Below, one piece after another: positions 25,043-37,311 of a DNA stretch of 64,000 bases; position 1 is the stretch's first letter, and each line of letters begins with the position of its first letter. The translations under genes and the position numbers were made by a program. The stretch covers positions 384,986 to 448,985 of the forward strand of contig NW_008246081.1 in assembly GCF_000281045.1 (NCBI RefSeq), written 5' to 3'. The notes below the pieces were generated by a model. The model was not told where the DNA came from and made no database searches. It saw nothing but the letters and a program-made list of their open reading frames with translations. This stretch comes from Saprolegnia diclina VS20 (Eukaryota).

Positions 25043-27376
25043 TCAGACGCGGTCCCTTGTGAGCGTGTCGATCTGACGTTGGTAGAGCTGCTTGCACTCG
25101 CGGAACTCGGTCTCGAGCTCGTCGAGCTGCTCCTCCTTCTCACCAAGAAGCTCCAACAGCACGTTCTGGCGCACCGTCACGGTCTCGAGCGCCGCTTTTG
25201 TGGATGCGAGCTCCGCGGCTGACGTTTCCAGGGCCGCGTTCTGCTGCTGGAGCGTCGCAATCGCTTGGCCGCTCGCCGCTTTGACCGCCTCGAGCTCGTC
25301 CACTTGCTGCTTGAGCAGCGCCGCTTCGCTCTCGCGGAGGCGCACCTTTTGCTGGAGTTGGTGCCACTCGACCAGCGAGACATCGCCCGTCGTTGCACTT
25401 GCGCGCTCGGATACGAGGAGCTCGGCCGACGACTTGCGTTCGCGATACGATGGCCGCGATCGGTCGGCCACCTGCTGCTCGAGCTGCCGGACCTGCGCCA
25501 AGTACGTGCTTTCTTGAGCCTTGGCGCGAGCGAGGTCGGTGGTCAGCGCCGCAATGACCGCGTTCGTGTCGTTGTTCGAGTGCGTCGCCGCCGCAGCTTT
25601 CTCGGCTTCGAGCGCTGTGATGTAGCTCTTGAGCCGGGTGAGCTCCTCGAGGTGGGCGGCCTCGTCGACTTCGAGCGTCGTAATGCGTGCCGTGGCCTGC
25701 TCGAGCTGCTGCTGCACGGCGTGGATCTGGCTCTGCCACGTTTGAATGTGCTCTTCCAAGCCGCGGCGCGTTGCGACTTCGGACGCGAGTTGCGCTTCGA
25801 GGTTGCGACAGTTGAGCGTACTCGTCTGGAGCTGGACGTCGGCCGACTGCTGGAACGTGCGCCAGAAGAGCTCGCGTTGCTGGTGCTCTTGCTGCAGCTG
25901 CGAGAGCTGTCGAAGGAGCGGTTGTGTCGCGCCCGTCGTCTCCTCGGCGAGCGAGTCCATGCGCAGCACCGTATCCTGGTACCGCTTCTTCCACGACGCA
26001 ATTTCAGTGCGCCAGAGCTCTTCCCGGCGCGCAGCGTCGCGCTCGACGGCGGCCACGCGCTTTTGCATCTCAACCAGCGTCGACTCGAGCATGCCGTTGT
26101 CGGCGACCGCGCTCTGGGAGGCTTCCAGCGCCACCTTGTCGGCGGCCCACTGCGCCTGCTGCGCTTCCAGCTCTTGGACGCGAACGTTGGCGGTCTCCAG
26201 CGCTGCTAACGTCGCCCGGAGCTCGTCCGATTGGGCTTGGAGTTGCTGGAGTTTGGCGTGCGTCACCTTGCGCTCGTCCTCGGCCTGCACGAGGTGGCTT
26301 CGCGCCGTCTCCCACTTGGCCTGGGTCGTCTCGAGCGCGGCGACGGTCTGCGCATGCTCATCGAGGAGGTCGTTGTTGTCTTTGCGCAGCGTCCGCAACC
26401 GGGCTTCGTACTGTCCTTGCTTGACCGAGAGCGCTTGGCCTTCGTCCAACAGCTGCGACAACTGCTCCTCTTTTTCGTGCAAAGCGTCCTGCAGCTGCGC
26501 GACGACAGCGTCCGAGGAGGCTGCCGACTTGGCGGCATCGAGCTCGTCCATCAATTTCGTCATCTTGGCTGACGCGGACAAGAGTTGATTCTCGCGCTCC
26601 GTCAAGAGGGCCTGCGTCTTGGAGAGCTCGGCTTGGAGGGCTTCCATCGCAGCCGAGTCCTCGGTGGACGAGGGTGTTAGCGACGACGTCGAGGACGGGC
26701 GCTCATCCCCGTCGGTGAGCACCGTCGATACACTGGATCCAATGGAGAGCGAGCTACCATCCTCAGGTTTCTCCTCAGACGTGGTCGGAGGTAGCGTCAC
26801 ACTTGCCACTTGGATGGGCGTCGAGTGGGCCTTGATGTAGTCGAGGGCGGCAGCGTTGGTAGCATCCTCTGAAGTCATATCATCTCCGCGCTTTTCAGTC
26901 GTTGGTGGTGTCGGTGGCGGTGGCGAGGATATCTCTGGCCTTACAGGCGACATTTGAGCGACGGGTGCAGCCGGCTTGGTGGACGGAAAGGTGACGCTGG
27001 GCGACTTGACGGCCACGGATCGCTTCTCATGGTGCGACGACGGCCCGAGGTTCCACTCGGAGAAAAAGTTGAGTGGCTTCTTATTGCCGTCGGACGACCG
27101 GGGTGGCGTCGGGATGCTGGTCTTGGCAAAGTTGTTTGCGGTTGTTGCTTGGTGCTGGGCGGATGTCGGGTTGGACCGTGGCGGTGACGGCGCGGGCGCT
27201 GGATGCAGTGGCGGTGTCATGCCGGTGCTTCGCTGCGGCGAGGCCCGCGGCGCCGGCTTGCCATTAGCGACTGCGTCATCGAACTGCTTCTCGACGTCGT
27301 CCTTGAGCTTATGCACATGCTCGAGGCCTTGCGACACGATGGTCGAGAGGTTCACCTTGGACGCGAACCACGCCAT
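25043..27376 (-). CDS. TATA element modulatory factor (TMF1/Sgm1/golgin candidate 5)-like coiled-coil golgin
   Basis: N-terminal MAWF; LLDEGQALSVKQ; ATQPLLRQL; C-terminal LLELLGEKEEQLDELE...KQLYQRQIDTL motif. Confidence 0.85.
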   Translation of the reverse strand: MAWFASKVNLSTIVSQGLEHVHKLKDDVEKQFDDAVANGKPAPRASPQRSTGMTPPLHPAPAPSPPRSNPTSAQHQATTANNFAKTSIPTPPRSSDGNKKPLNFFSEWNLGPSSHHEKRSVAVKSPSVTFPSTKPAAPVAQMSPVRPEISSPPPPTPPTTEKRGDDMTSEDATNAAALDYIKAHSTPIQVASVTLPPTTSEEKPEDGSSLSIGSSVSTVLTDGDERPSSTSSLTPSSTEDSAAMEALQAELSKTQALLTERENQLLSASAKMTKLMDELDAAKSAASSDAVVAQLQDALHEKEEQLSQLLDEGQALSVKQGQYEARLRTLRKDNNDLLDEHAQTVAALETTQAKWETARSHLVQAEDERKVTHAKLQQLQAQSDELRATLAALETANVRVQELEAQQAQWAADKVALEASQSAVADNGMLESTLVEMQKRVAAVERDAARREELWRTEIASWKKRYQDTVLRMDSLAEETTGATQPLLRQLSQLQQEHQQRELFWRTFQQSADVQLQTSTLNCRNLEAQLASEVATRRGLEEHIQTWQSQIHAVQQQLEQATARITTLEVDEAAHLEELTRLKSYITALEAEKAAAATHSNNDTNAVIAALTTDLARAKAQESTYLAQVRQLEQQVADRSRPSYRERKSSAELLVSERASATTGDVSLVEWHQLQQKVRLRESEAALLKQQVDELEAVKAASGQAIATLQQQNAALETSAAELASTKAALETVTVRQNVLLELLGEKEEQLDELETEFRECKQLYQRQIDTLTRDRV

Positions 27377-27888
27377 GCTGCTGCGGACGAAATAATGGCA
27401 AGAAACATGCACCCGGCTCGTATCCGGCCACGTGGCCGACATCCGGATACCGCGCGCGACGTCCTCGATCTTTGGTTCGTTCGTCGAAGATCCAGCGCGT
27501 GACACGCCGGCTGGCGCCGCCGCCGCCGCAAGACGAGGACGCCACGACGCGACCTGCGGCTCTCAGCGACCTCTACGCACGAAGCTGCGTTCTCAGTCTC
27601 CATGCTATCGCGCCGGGTGGTTCGTTGCTTGCTGCAAGCAAAGCGCGGTGGGCGTAGAGACGCTGCAGTAGGTGCGTACGTTGGCAACGGACGGCATAGG
27701 TGCACGGTCCATGGTCCATGCCCAGAGTAGCGCAGCGCCAAGCACGAATGCTCGAAGGACGAGGGTCTTCTATGGACCCGTGCGCTAACGGTATATGAGC
27801 GCCGGCTCGCTTCGAATATGTCGGCCAGACCGACACTGCATGCTAGCTGGTATTGCAGCGGCTTGAAGTAGTCATGTACATCACGTTA

Positions 27889-28501
27889 TCAGAGCTTGTG
27901 GTATGTTACACGCAGGCCGCACGCACAGGCCTTGACCCAGAGACCATCGCCTTGGTCTTCGTGTGTGTCGTACGCATGCTCGTGCTCGGCGACTTCGACG
28001 GGCTTGGCCTTCTTGGCTTTGGGCGCCTGGACGAGGTACCTCAGTGACGAAATATAGAGCGGTGTGAATCCATACCGAAGCGCCACTCAGGGTTGAGAGG
28101 CTTGCTTTTTGCTTGCCGTAGCTGGCGACGACCGACTTGGTGCGCGATACCGCCTTCTCGAACCGCTTCCTCTCGCGCTGCTCCTTCTCTACCAGCATTT
28201 TCTCGAGGCTACCAAACAATTCGATGCACGCGGTCTCGCACGTCTTGGTCAAATAGAGCTTGAGCGGTGCGAAGCGCTCGTTCTTGGGGTTGGGCCGTCG
28301 AAGGCATGGGAGGTCTTCAAAGGCGCTGTCGGGCAGCAGAAAGCGCTTCTTCGCTGAGTCCTTGGTCAATAGCACGTACGCTGGGCCCTCGTAGCGACAC
28401 GAGCGACAGACGTAGAGGCCAAAGGTCGTGAAGAAGTCTTGGTCGCACGGCAGGTCCAAGTGGCAGCTCTCGCAGGCCGCCGGCGTGGCTGGTAAATCCA
28501 T
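27889..28501 (-). CDS. XPA: DNA repair protein XPA/RAD14; 2 exons, intron 28027-28075
   Basis: C4 zinc finger CESC...VCRSC, LLTKDSAKKRFLL, RPNPKNERFAPLKLYL, C-terminal HEH...KACACGLRVTYHKL. Confidence 0.9.
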
Positions 28502-28653
28502 GGCCGCGATGGGATTGGACCAAAAGTAGCCAATCGTTTTGTTTCACACACCACGCTGCGTGAGATTTGGCGCCAACACGCACGTCCGGATACGGAGCAA
28601 ATAATAAAAATAAAATAAAGCGATCTCGGAGAAATATCCTTCCGCCCCGGATC

Positions 28654-31021
28654 ATGGGGACGATCTGGAAGCTCGACGACGGGACATGCGACCTCGTCTG
28701 GGCGACGCAGCGGATCCCCGATGTCCATGCAGCTCTGCATGAAGGTAGACGCATAGGACTTCCTCAAGGAAGATGCAGCATGATCTCTAGTTATCGTCAA
28801 CGCCATCGACGCCCATGCGACCTCCGTCGTCGTCGGCCTCGGCGACGAAGGTCTCTCGTTCACGGTACAGGACAATGGTACTCCTCCATCCACCTTCATC
28901 AGCAGCAAGGGTGATCCTCGCATTAGGTCATGGCATCCAGTCGCAAGACCTGTGTCGTCTCGTTGGCCACGCCGCAGGTACTTGTCCATCAACCCTTGAG
29001 CATCGTTCTCATCCACTTTGCCAGCTACCTCCAAGAGAGATCGAGATATTGCTGCGCCAGGGATCTCCACGTATGGAGCTCGTGGAGATGCGCTGCTCTG
29101 CCTTGCGACCATGGCGTCCGTGACGATCGAGAGCCGCCACGAAGCCAGCTGGAATACGTACCGTAAAACCATCGAGGTCCGTGCTGGTTGCGCGGAGGCG
29201 ACTTCACGAGCATGATGCAGCGGGGACATGTGACGTTCAACGGTCGTATTCGCTCCAAGCAGTGCATTCCCGGGACGCTCGTGCGAGTCCATGACCTCTA
29301 TGGGAACGTGCCTGTCCGACAGACTGCTTGGCGCGCCGCCGCATCGTCCCATCGGGCCAAACTCATCTCGTTCCTCACGACGCTTCTCTCGCGGCTGGCG
29401 ATCGTTCACACGATGACATCTTTTGAGCTCATCGACCTTCGTACGCACGTCTTGCATCGTCGTTGGCTCAAAACTTTAGCAGAATGCCATGCCCGCGTCG
29501 TCGCGCTGCCTCGTGTGACGTGCCCTTTGGAGGCCTTTGCCCTCCTTGGTGGCAGTGTGCCCATTACAATACCGCAGGTAGAGATGCCCACTGTACTAGT
29601 ATCGTAGTATGACGTGTCGTACTAGGCCTTTTCCTGCCACGAGGAGCGGTTCGGAATGTCGGGCCATATCGCGTTTGGCGACTTTAGCGTGGCGTCCGCG
29701 ACGATGGGTGCTCGATTAGCACAGCTCAAGCGCGTCACGCAAGGTTACGTGTGCGTGAGCTTCCGAGGGCGGTGGATCCAAGCGTTTGAGAGAGAGTGCC
29801 AAGATTGCATTTACGCCCACCTCGCTTCAAGAGTCGTGTCGTCATCGCCATCCCACGAATGGCCCGTCATTGTCCTCGATGTGACTTGTTCGAGCGATGA
29901 GGTCGCTCTTGTCGACGCTACCCCGGCGCCGCGAGTCGAGTTTCGCAGCGTCAATGCCTTTTCAAGCGCCTTTGCCGCCTTTTTGCAGGTATCGGTACCC
30001 AAGTCGGTCAAATTTGTGATGATGCTCACGAGCTGCAGGCGGTGCTGCCGCATCGCGCCGAGACGGTCCTTGTGGGTGCACCAATGCCCGTGGCCAAGCG
30101 ACGTCGAGGCCTGCCAGATGAGTTTACCGATGCGATTTGGGCGCGAAGCGTGGACCTTCTTCCTTGTACTTGCAGCTTCGCGTGCTTCGAACCAACACAC
30201 GTTTCCTTGTAGCCACGCGCACCAAGCGCGCTGCAGCGATGTCACCAATGCGTCATCATCCACCCGCAGTACGCCGGCGTCGATGCACCAAGTACTTTGG
30301 CACCGCGACGGCAACCAGCCGTGACGAACCGAGGCGTCGACGGCGGCGCCTTCCTGCACACGTGGCAACACACCTGAGCGTCTTTGTGCAGAACCCGCGC
30401 GCATCTCGTACGCTCTCGGTGCAGTTTACCAAGGCCTCGCTACGCGACATCACGGTGCTTGGTCAAGTTGACCGCAAGTTTATTCTCTTTGCGACGCGGA
30501 CGTCGCCGGTGCTGCTGTGTGCGATTGACCAGCACGCCGCCGACGAGCGCATCCAGCTCGAAGCGTTGGAAGCGACGTATCTCGATGAGATGCGGCCCTT
30601 TCCTCGCACCGAACTCGACGAGCTGGTGCAGCTCCAATTGAATTTCACCGAGCAAGTCCTCGTCCAGCACCACGCGGCTACGCTGCAGCACTGGGGCTTC
30701 ACGATCAACGCACGCCAGGAGCTCACGACGGTGCCTTTCGTGGTGCACCGTCAAGCCAACGAAGACGACTGCACCGAGTACCTTGTGCTCCTCGCGGACG
30801 CCGATCGGCAGCGGACACTGGCGCCCCGCCCGCCGGTGATTCTGCGCCTTTTGCACTCGCGGGCGTGCCGCAGTGCCATCATGTTTGGCGACGCGCTCTC
30901 GCAGCGGGCGTGCGAGCTGCTGCTGGAACAGCTGAGCCAATGTCGGCTGCCGTTCCAGTGCGCCCACGGCCGGCCGTCGCTGGCCCCGCTCGTGCAGCTG
31001 CAAGACGGAGACGCGTCGTAG
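28654..31021 (+). CDS. MLH3: MutL homolog MLH3 (multi-exon; central exons uncertain)
   Basis: GHKL motifs EVIVNAIDA, DNGHG, TYGARGDAL, GTLVRVHDLYGNVPVR; C-terminal LGQVDRKFI, endonuclease motif DQHAADERIQLE, SRACRSAIMFGD, PFQCAHGRPS. Confidence 0.88.
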
Positions 31022-31063
31022 GTATAAATTCAGCATTCAAAACTCATAGCATCGTGTGGATCT

Positions 31064-32163
31064 CTATTGGTTCTTGCACTCCGGGGGCTTCTCGGTCGAC
31101 TCGGCGCCCGCGGGCTTCTCGAGGCCCGGGAAGGCCTTCTTGCCGCCCTTCTTGGCACGCGGCTCATCGTCGTCGTCGTCGTCCGAGAGGTCTTCGTCGT
31201 CATAGTCCTCGTCCTAGATGTCGCAGAAATAAGGATAATGCGACCGAGGAAGCAGCGACGTACGTCCTCGTCGTCTTCGTAGTCGGAATCGTCGACTTCA
31301 GCTTCGCCCGTGAACCACAAGACGGCCTGGGGCACGATGGTTTCGTGGATCGTGAAGCCGATCTGGAAGTCCGTGTCAAGTTGGTGCATGATCTCGTCGC
31401 TCTACCACAGAGGATGCGTTAGTTCAAGCTGCCAGCACTGCAGAAGATGATGTACCTCTTCCTCTTCGTCTTCCGTGGGCATCTCGACAGGCGAGAAGAA
31501 CTGAAAGAAGCTGTCGCAGGGCTCAATCTTGGTGACGAGGCGCGTCGCGCCGCCGTTCTTGGCCTTCTGCTTGATCTTCTTCTTCTTCTCGCACAAGTTC
31601 TTGCCTTCGTTCCAGTTGATAGGCGTGCCAACAATGTTCTTGAGCATCGCATCGCCCGACGGGCCCTCGGCCACGTCGTAGACCTTGGTCAAGACGTCGT
31701 TCGTGAAGAACTCGTTGGGCGCAAAATGGAACTCGAGGCGGAAGCCGTTCGTCTCGGTGAGCGACTCGGACTTAACGTTCTTGAGGAATTCGAGCGCCGG
31801 GATATCGCGGTCCGTGATCATCTGCTCGATCATCGGGTGGTTCATGAGCGCCTTGACCCAGAACTTGGGGATGCCCACGGACGGCTCGGCCTCCTCGGCC
31901 TTCTCGTCCGCCGACGCCACCTCCTTCTCGCCCGTCACGACGAGCGCACGCTCATCGTAGAGCGGCTGGTACAGCTTCTCGTACTTCAATTCGAGCTGGC
32001 GGCGCTCTTCCTCAAACTGCGCCTCGATGACCGCCTGCTGCTCCTGGAGCGTCTTGAGGTGGGCCACGCGCGCGGCGACGGCGGGCGGCAGCACCACCTC
32101 CGCTTCCACGTCCTCGATCACGAGCTCGCCCGTCTTCTTCGTCACTTCCTCGACCGTGCTCAT
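31064..32163 (-). CDS. NAP1: Nucleosome assembly protein 1; 3 exons
   Basis: GIPKFW, LEFHFAPNEFFTNDVLTK, CDSFFQFF, DFQIGFTIHETIVPQAVLWFTGEA, acidic tail, terminal PECKNQ*. Confidence 0.93.
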
Positions 32164-32395
32164 GCTGCTGGTTCCGATTTCTCAACTGACGAAAGATATT
32201 CAAGAAACCATCCAGCTTCGACGCCAATGAAATGATCCGGATGCGACCGCCCCATCCGGATCGCCAAGATCCCGTCGGAAAAGCCTCCAAGATCGAGGAG
32301 CGACGTGGATGACATGGACGACGCGAGCGACGGAGGATCGATGCTATATATGTATACGGGCGCATGGTCGACTAAAACATGGGTACCCTAACCGG

Positions 32396-35091
32396 CTACG
32401 GCCCTCGGCTCGTGCTAAAGAGCTGGTTGGCGGCGCCCTCGACGCTGCCCCGCGACGCCAGAAGGGCCGCGACCGCCTGCTCGTGGTCAAAGCCCATCTC
32501 GATGAGCTGCTTGACGCGCGTCGACTTTTGGAACCGAATACGAAGCGGCCGCGTCTGGCCTTGAATCATCTTGAGCGCGCGGTCGACCGAGTAGTGCCCG
32601 AGCGGGTGGCCGTTGGCCATGACGAGCCGGTCAAAGAGTCCGATTTGGCCCGAGGCTTCGGCGCCCATGGCCTCACCGTTGGGCAGGCGCGGGAAGGCCG
32701 TGACGCACAAGTCATTCTCAATCTTCTCCAAGTAGAGGCCGAGGACGACCGCGTCGACGGGGAACTGGACGTCGTACTCGTCGCTCTCGCACGCCTTGTT
32801 CATAATGTTGGTGCGTGGCGGCATGGCAATGGCGGCGTTCACAGCCTTGATGCTCTGAAAGAGCGCGTTGCCTTCGTCGACCGCGCCAAAGCCGCCCGTC
32901 GACGGAAGCTGCAGCAGCGAGGTTGACGGCGATGCTGTCGGCGGCGTCGCACCGAGTACTTCTCGCAGGAGGGATTTGCCCGTGTCCGAGAGCTTGCGCT
33001 CGCGCGTCGGCGCGGCTTCTTCGGTGATTGTCGTCGGCTTCACGGCGCCCTCGACCGCACCGTTGGCCCCGACCGTAAAGTTGCGAAAGAGTGCAATCGA
33101 CGAGTCCTATGTCATGTGGAGACGACGCGACGCTGCGAGAGGCGCGTACCTTGCGGTTGTCGGGCACTTCATAGAAGAGCAGCACCGGCTGGTACCGGCC
33201 CTTGACGCAGCTAGTACAAAGTACATCACGACGAGACCTCGACCATGAGCTGCGTACTGCCGGATGACGTCAGGCCAATCGCCAATCTCGGTGACCTTGC
33301 TGTCGTCAAAGAGGAGCCACGACTGGTGCGCCGTGCTGTAGAAGAAGGCAAAGTAGTGCCGGCCGTAGTAGCAGACAAAACCGCGGAACCGATACTGGGC
33401 CTTGAGGCCACCGAGGAACTTGGCGTGCTTGGCGGCTTCGCCCTGCGCCGTGAACGCGTGCGAGAGATCCACCGAGTCGCTAATGATGTGCAGGAGCGAC
33501 TCGATCTCTTCCTTCGGCGGGCTGTTGGTGGCCCACAGAAACGAGATGGCAAACACCGGGGGGAACCGCTGGATGACACGCTACGACGAAATAAGCTCCA
33601 GACTTATTGCTGTCTCTCACCTCGGTGGCGAGCTTGCCCTTGCAGCCTTCGACTTGGCAGGACCCGTGCACGTCCATGTTGTTGGGCATCTCGCGCAGCA
33701 TGTCTTCCATGTCGCGGTACGGCCGCGCGATCGCGTCCGTCGCATAGATCGAGAACACCTCCACCAGATCTGAGACGAGAACCAGAATGCGTCGAAAGGA
33801 TACCAGATTGCTGTACAGCTCCCAGTTGGACGACGCGTGGCACGCGCGGCACACGGACCGGTCGTAGATCTGGTGCGAAAACACAATGTGCGGAATGCTC
33901 TTGGGGTCAAAGACCGCCATGGGCTTCTCCTCAAAGCCCGACTGGCTCGCGCTCAGAAGGAAGCTACGCGACTTGAGCGCCTTCTTATCAAAGTCCGTGA
34001 GCTCCGTCACGTCCTATCCATGTATTCATCTTTCCGTCTCCTCGTTCGCTGCTTGTACCGATTGCTGGTGCATGAGGTTGAGGATCGTGAGCAGCGTCTC
34101 TTCCGCGTCGGCCATCGAGCCTTCTTGAAACATCTTGTCCTATTGTGTCGACACTCAGCTCTTATCGTCCAGAGGGACCAACTCACCGCGCTGTAGAGGA
34201 GGCTGAGCCACTTGCGCAGCACTTTCGGGTGCAGCGCACCACTCGACGGGTCTTCGTACGCGAGCATGATCTCCTTGAGCGCGCGAAGGACGTGGGACGC
34301 GACGTCGTCCGAGTCTTTGATGATGACGTCTTGGAGCAGCCGGCGAAGCGAAATGAGGTGCCAGAAGCTCTGGATGATGACGTTCAAGAAGCAATTGTTC
34401 TCGCCTACGCAAACCTCAGCGCGCGCGCTCCATGGAGACGCTACCTGTGGCGTTCTGGAGACCGCGGTGGATCGACGCGCCTTTGGTCCAAATCTCCGAC
34501 GATGCTTTTGGCCCTGCGTTCACAGCAGCGGTCTTGGGCGGCGAGGACCCGGAGCGCATGGGCGCAGGGCGAGGCGCGATCGACTTTGGTACGGTCGTGA
34601 GGTGCTCGACCCATTGGAAGAAGAGGTCTTCCGTCTTGACGTCGATCTCGAGCACGCAGGGCCGGTTCTCCTTGTCGAGTGCATGGAGGTAAAAGCCCCG
34701 GTTGCGCTTCTCCCATGGCACAAACCTACGCGCTGCTTTGAGACCATGTGGGCCATTAAGGACGGCAATATACTTCAAGTCCGAGTACGACTTGGCCGAC
34801 GGGTTGGCCAGCGTCGCCGCCAACTCGTCCGACGATGGCTGGAACTTGAACGTGAAGAGAATGAGCGATGCTATGTTGCTCGGATGGACGGCGAGGACGC
34901 TGTAGCGTTGGTGCCGGGGCCGCTGCGCGCACGCCATGAGGCCATTGCAAAGACGACGACCTAACCGAGGCTTACCACGTTGACGTAGCTCTGCGTCTTG
35001 ATGATGAGCCAGCCTTGGTAGACCTCGATCGGCGACGTCTACAAGGTAGGTCCATCAGCGGGCGTCGACCTCGGCAGGATCCGCGGACCAT
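32396..35091 (-). CDS. Multi-domain deubiquitinase: PH-like + USP53/54-like catalytic domain + PDZ-like + UBA (multi-exon)
   Basis: PH-like YQGWLIIK...FQWVEHL; Cys box GLQNATG/ENNCFLNVIIQSFWHL; FQEGSMADAEE; His box CYYGRHYFAFF...WLLFDD; YQPVLLFY; PDZ-like LGLYLEK...GQIGLFDRLVMANG; UBA VKQLIEMGFDHEQAVAALLASRGSVEGAANQLF. Confidence 0.85.
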
Positions 35092-35535
35092 GATGATGAA
35101 GGGTTGTGGCCGGCGCCTCGAGCTTTGATCGCCCCTCGCCGTGCACGCAGGACTGATGATGACACACGCTCCAGATGTTATAACACACGTTGCGAAAGGC
35201 GCACCGACGCGTCCCCCCACCTCCTTCGTAATGTGCTCTGTGCCTTCCTTGACGCCGCCGTGTCGTCGCCACCGGCACTCTATCGTACACGCGCCGCTCC
35301 ATCCACTCGATCCTCCATCCTGCCGGCGGTCAAGGACGCAAGAAAGGGCTGCATGTGGCAGGAGCGGGTGCGAGATTGCGGTGTTATAACACGGTGTAAC
35401 GTGGTAGCACTTGAAGTTGGCAAGATATTTGTCACCTCTGCCGCGTTCGGTGCAAGACGCGCCGTCCCTGAGGCCATCGAAGGAAGACTGACTGAACTAC
35501 GATATTGGTACACGGCTAACAAGACTCCTAATATC

Positions 35536-37311
35536 TCAACTCCGCTGGTCGTCGTCGTCGTCGTCACCGAGCAACGTCTCGATCAACGCGGCCGAGTGGT
35601 CCACCGAGTGGAGCGACTTGACGAGATAGTGCAGCTGCCGCAGCACCGTGAGCACTTGGCGCTTGACGTCGACCGTCACGTCGTCCCGGACCATGTTGAG
35701 CAGTCGCCGCTACACACAAAACGTCAGCTACGTGGCGTGTACGATGAGGACGAGGACCTCGACACGTGGGTAGATGGCGAGGCGCGACACGTGCACATTG
35801 TCGGGTGCAAGCTCCAAGGAGAGTCGTCGGCGCTTCGTGCTGGGCTCCTCGACGCCGTCGCAAATCAGGTCGGGGCAGTAGTACTGGCACAGCGCTTGGA
35901 GCTCGTCTGCGTCAAAGTGCAGAGCCGCGATCTTGGCGAGCACTTTGCGCGACTCGGTGAGGATGTACGCGGTGTGCGCCGCCTCTTGCTCTTGCTGCTG
36001 CTGTTGCTGCTGTTGCTGCGCGAGCTGTGTCGGGCCTTCGTCCGGCGACGCCTCCTGCGCGCGGATGCAGTCGAGGACGGCCTCGTTGAGGGCGCAGACC
36101 GCATGCGACGCGGCGAGTTCGAGCGGCTCGGGCAACGTGACCGGGTACGTCTCAATGTCGGCCGCGTACCCGAGGTTGATGCCTGTGAGCTTGAGCAGTG
36201 GCAGCGCCGGGTTCATGTGCATGGCGGTGATGATGCACTTGGCCGCGTACTGAAGCGCGTCGGCTTTCGAGAGCGCGGTAATGTTGGGCGGCGGCCGGAC
36301 CATGTACTTGGTGGAACTCCAGTCGTGCCCTTCGACGAGGAGGCCCATGAGCGACGTCGACTTGCGCAGACCGAGGCTCACGTCGCGGAGCCCGAGCAGC
36401 GACAAATTGCAGTAGCTGAGGTCCACGACCCGCAGCGTCGACGAGTTGGCGATGCAGACGCCGAGCGCGCTTGCGCCCACGTCGCCGACCGGGTTGTTGT
36501 CCATGTAGAGGTTCTCGAGCGTATTGGTCGAGATGTGCAGCGCCTCGGCGAGCGCGAGCGCGCCGGCCGAGTCGATTTCGTTGAGTCCAATCTCGAGCGT
36601 TGTGAGGGACACGCGAGACGTCATGAAGGCAGCGACGAGGTACTTGAGCCCGGACGCGCGCACATGGTTTTGCCCGAGCATGAGTTCGCGCAGCTGCCGG
36701 TTGTGGGGCAGCGCGTCCGCGATGTGCATCATGCCTTTGACGCCAAGGTTGTTGGTGCCCAAGTAGAGTGACTTGAGCGAGTGGTTGGTCTTGAGCGCAG
36801 TTGCAATGTGCAGCGCACCCTCGTCCGTGATGCCGTTGCCGCTCAGATACAGCGCCTGCAACGTCGTGTTGACTTGAAGCGCGCGCGAGACGTCGGCGGC
36901 GCCTTCGACGCCAATGCAGTTGCCGCTGAGGTACAGCGTTGTGAGTGTTTGGTTCGTCTCGAGGGCCTTGGCGACCGCGGCGAGGCCCTTGTCCGTGATG
37001 CCGTTGAACCCAATGTCGAGGACGAGTAACGAGTGGTTCGAGGCGAGCGCCTTCCCGATGAGCAAGGCGCCTCGGTCACCCAGGTCAAAGCCGCAGAGCT
37101 TGAGTGACTGGAGGATGTTGATGTCGGTGCGGACACGCCGCAAGAGATCGTTTGAGAGCGACGTGGCGAGGTAGCCCTTGACACGCGCTTCCAAGATCGA
37201 GCGCGCCATGAGCTTCTTCTCGCGGCTGTCTTCGCGGTCGTCGTCTTCTCCTGGGCACGAGAACGTCATTCGATCCGACGAATACTTGTAGCGCGAGCTC
37301 AGTTCGCCCAT
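35536..37311 (-). CDS. Ribonuclease-inhibitor-like (NLRC3-type) leucine-rich repeat protein with poly-Q; 2 exons; start codon uncertain
   Basis: About ten 28-aa repeats such as LTTLYLSGNCIGVEGAADVSRAL; one GT-AG intron near 35710-35757; poly-Gln tract. Confidence 0.85.
35986..36019 (-). repeat. CAG/CAA trinucleotide tract encoding poly-Gln in the LRR protein
   Basis: + strand ttgctcttgctgctgctgttgctgctgttgctgc; translation AQQQQQQQQQEQE. Confidence 0.8.

Noticed and set aside
35104..36771. 555-aa plus-strand ORF
   Set aside because: Shadow of the LRR gene.
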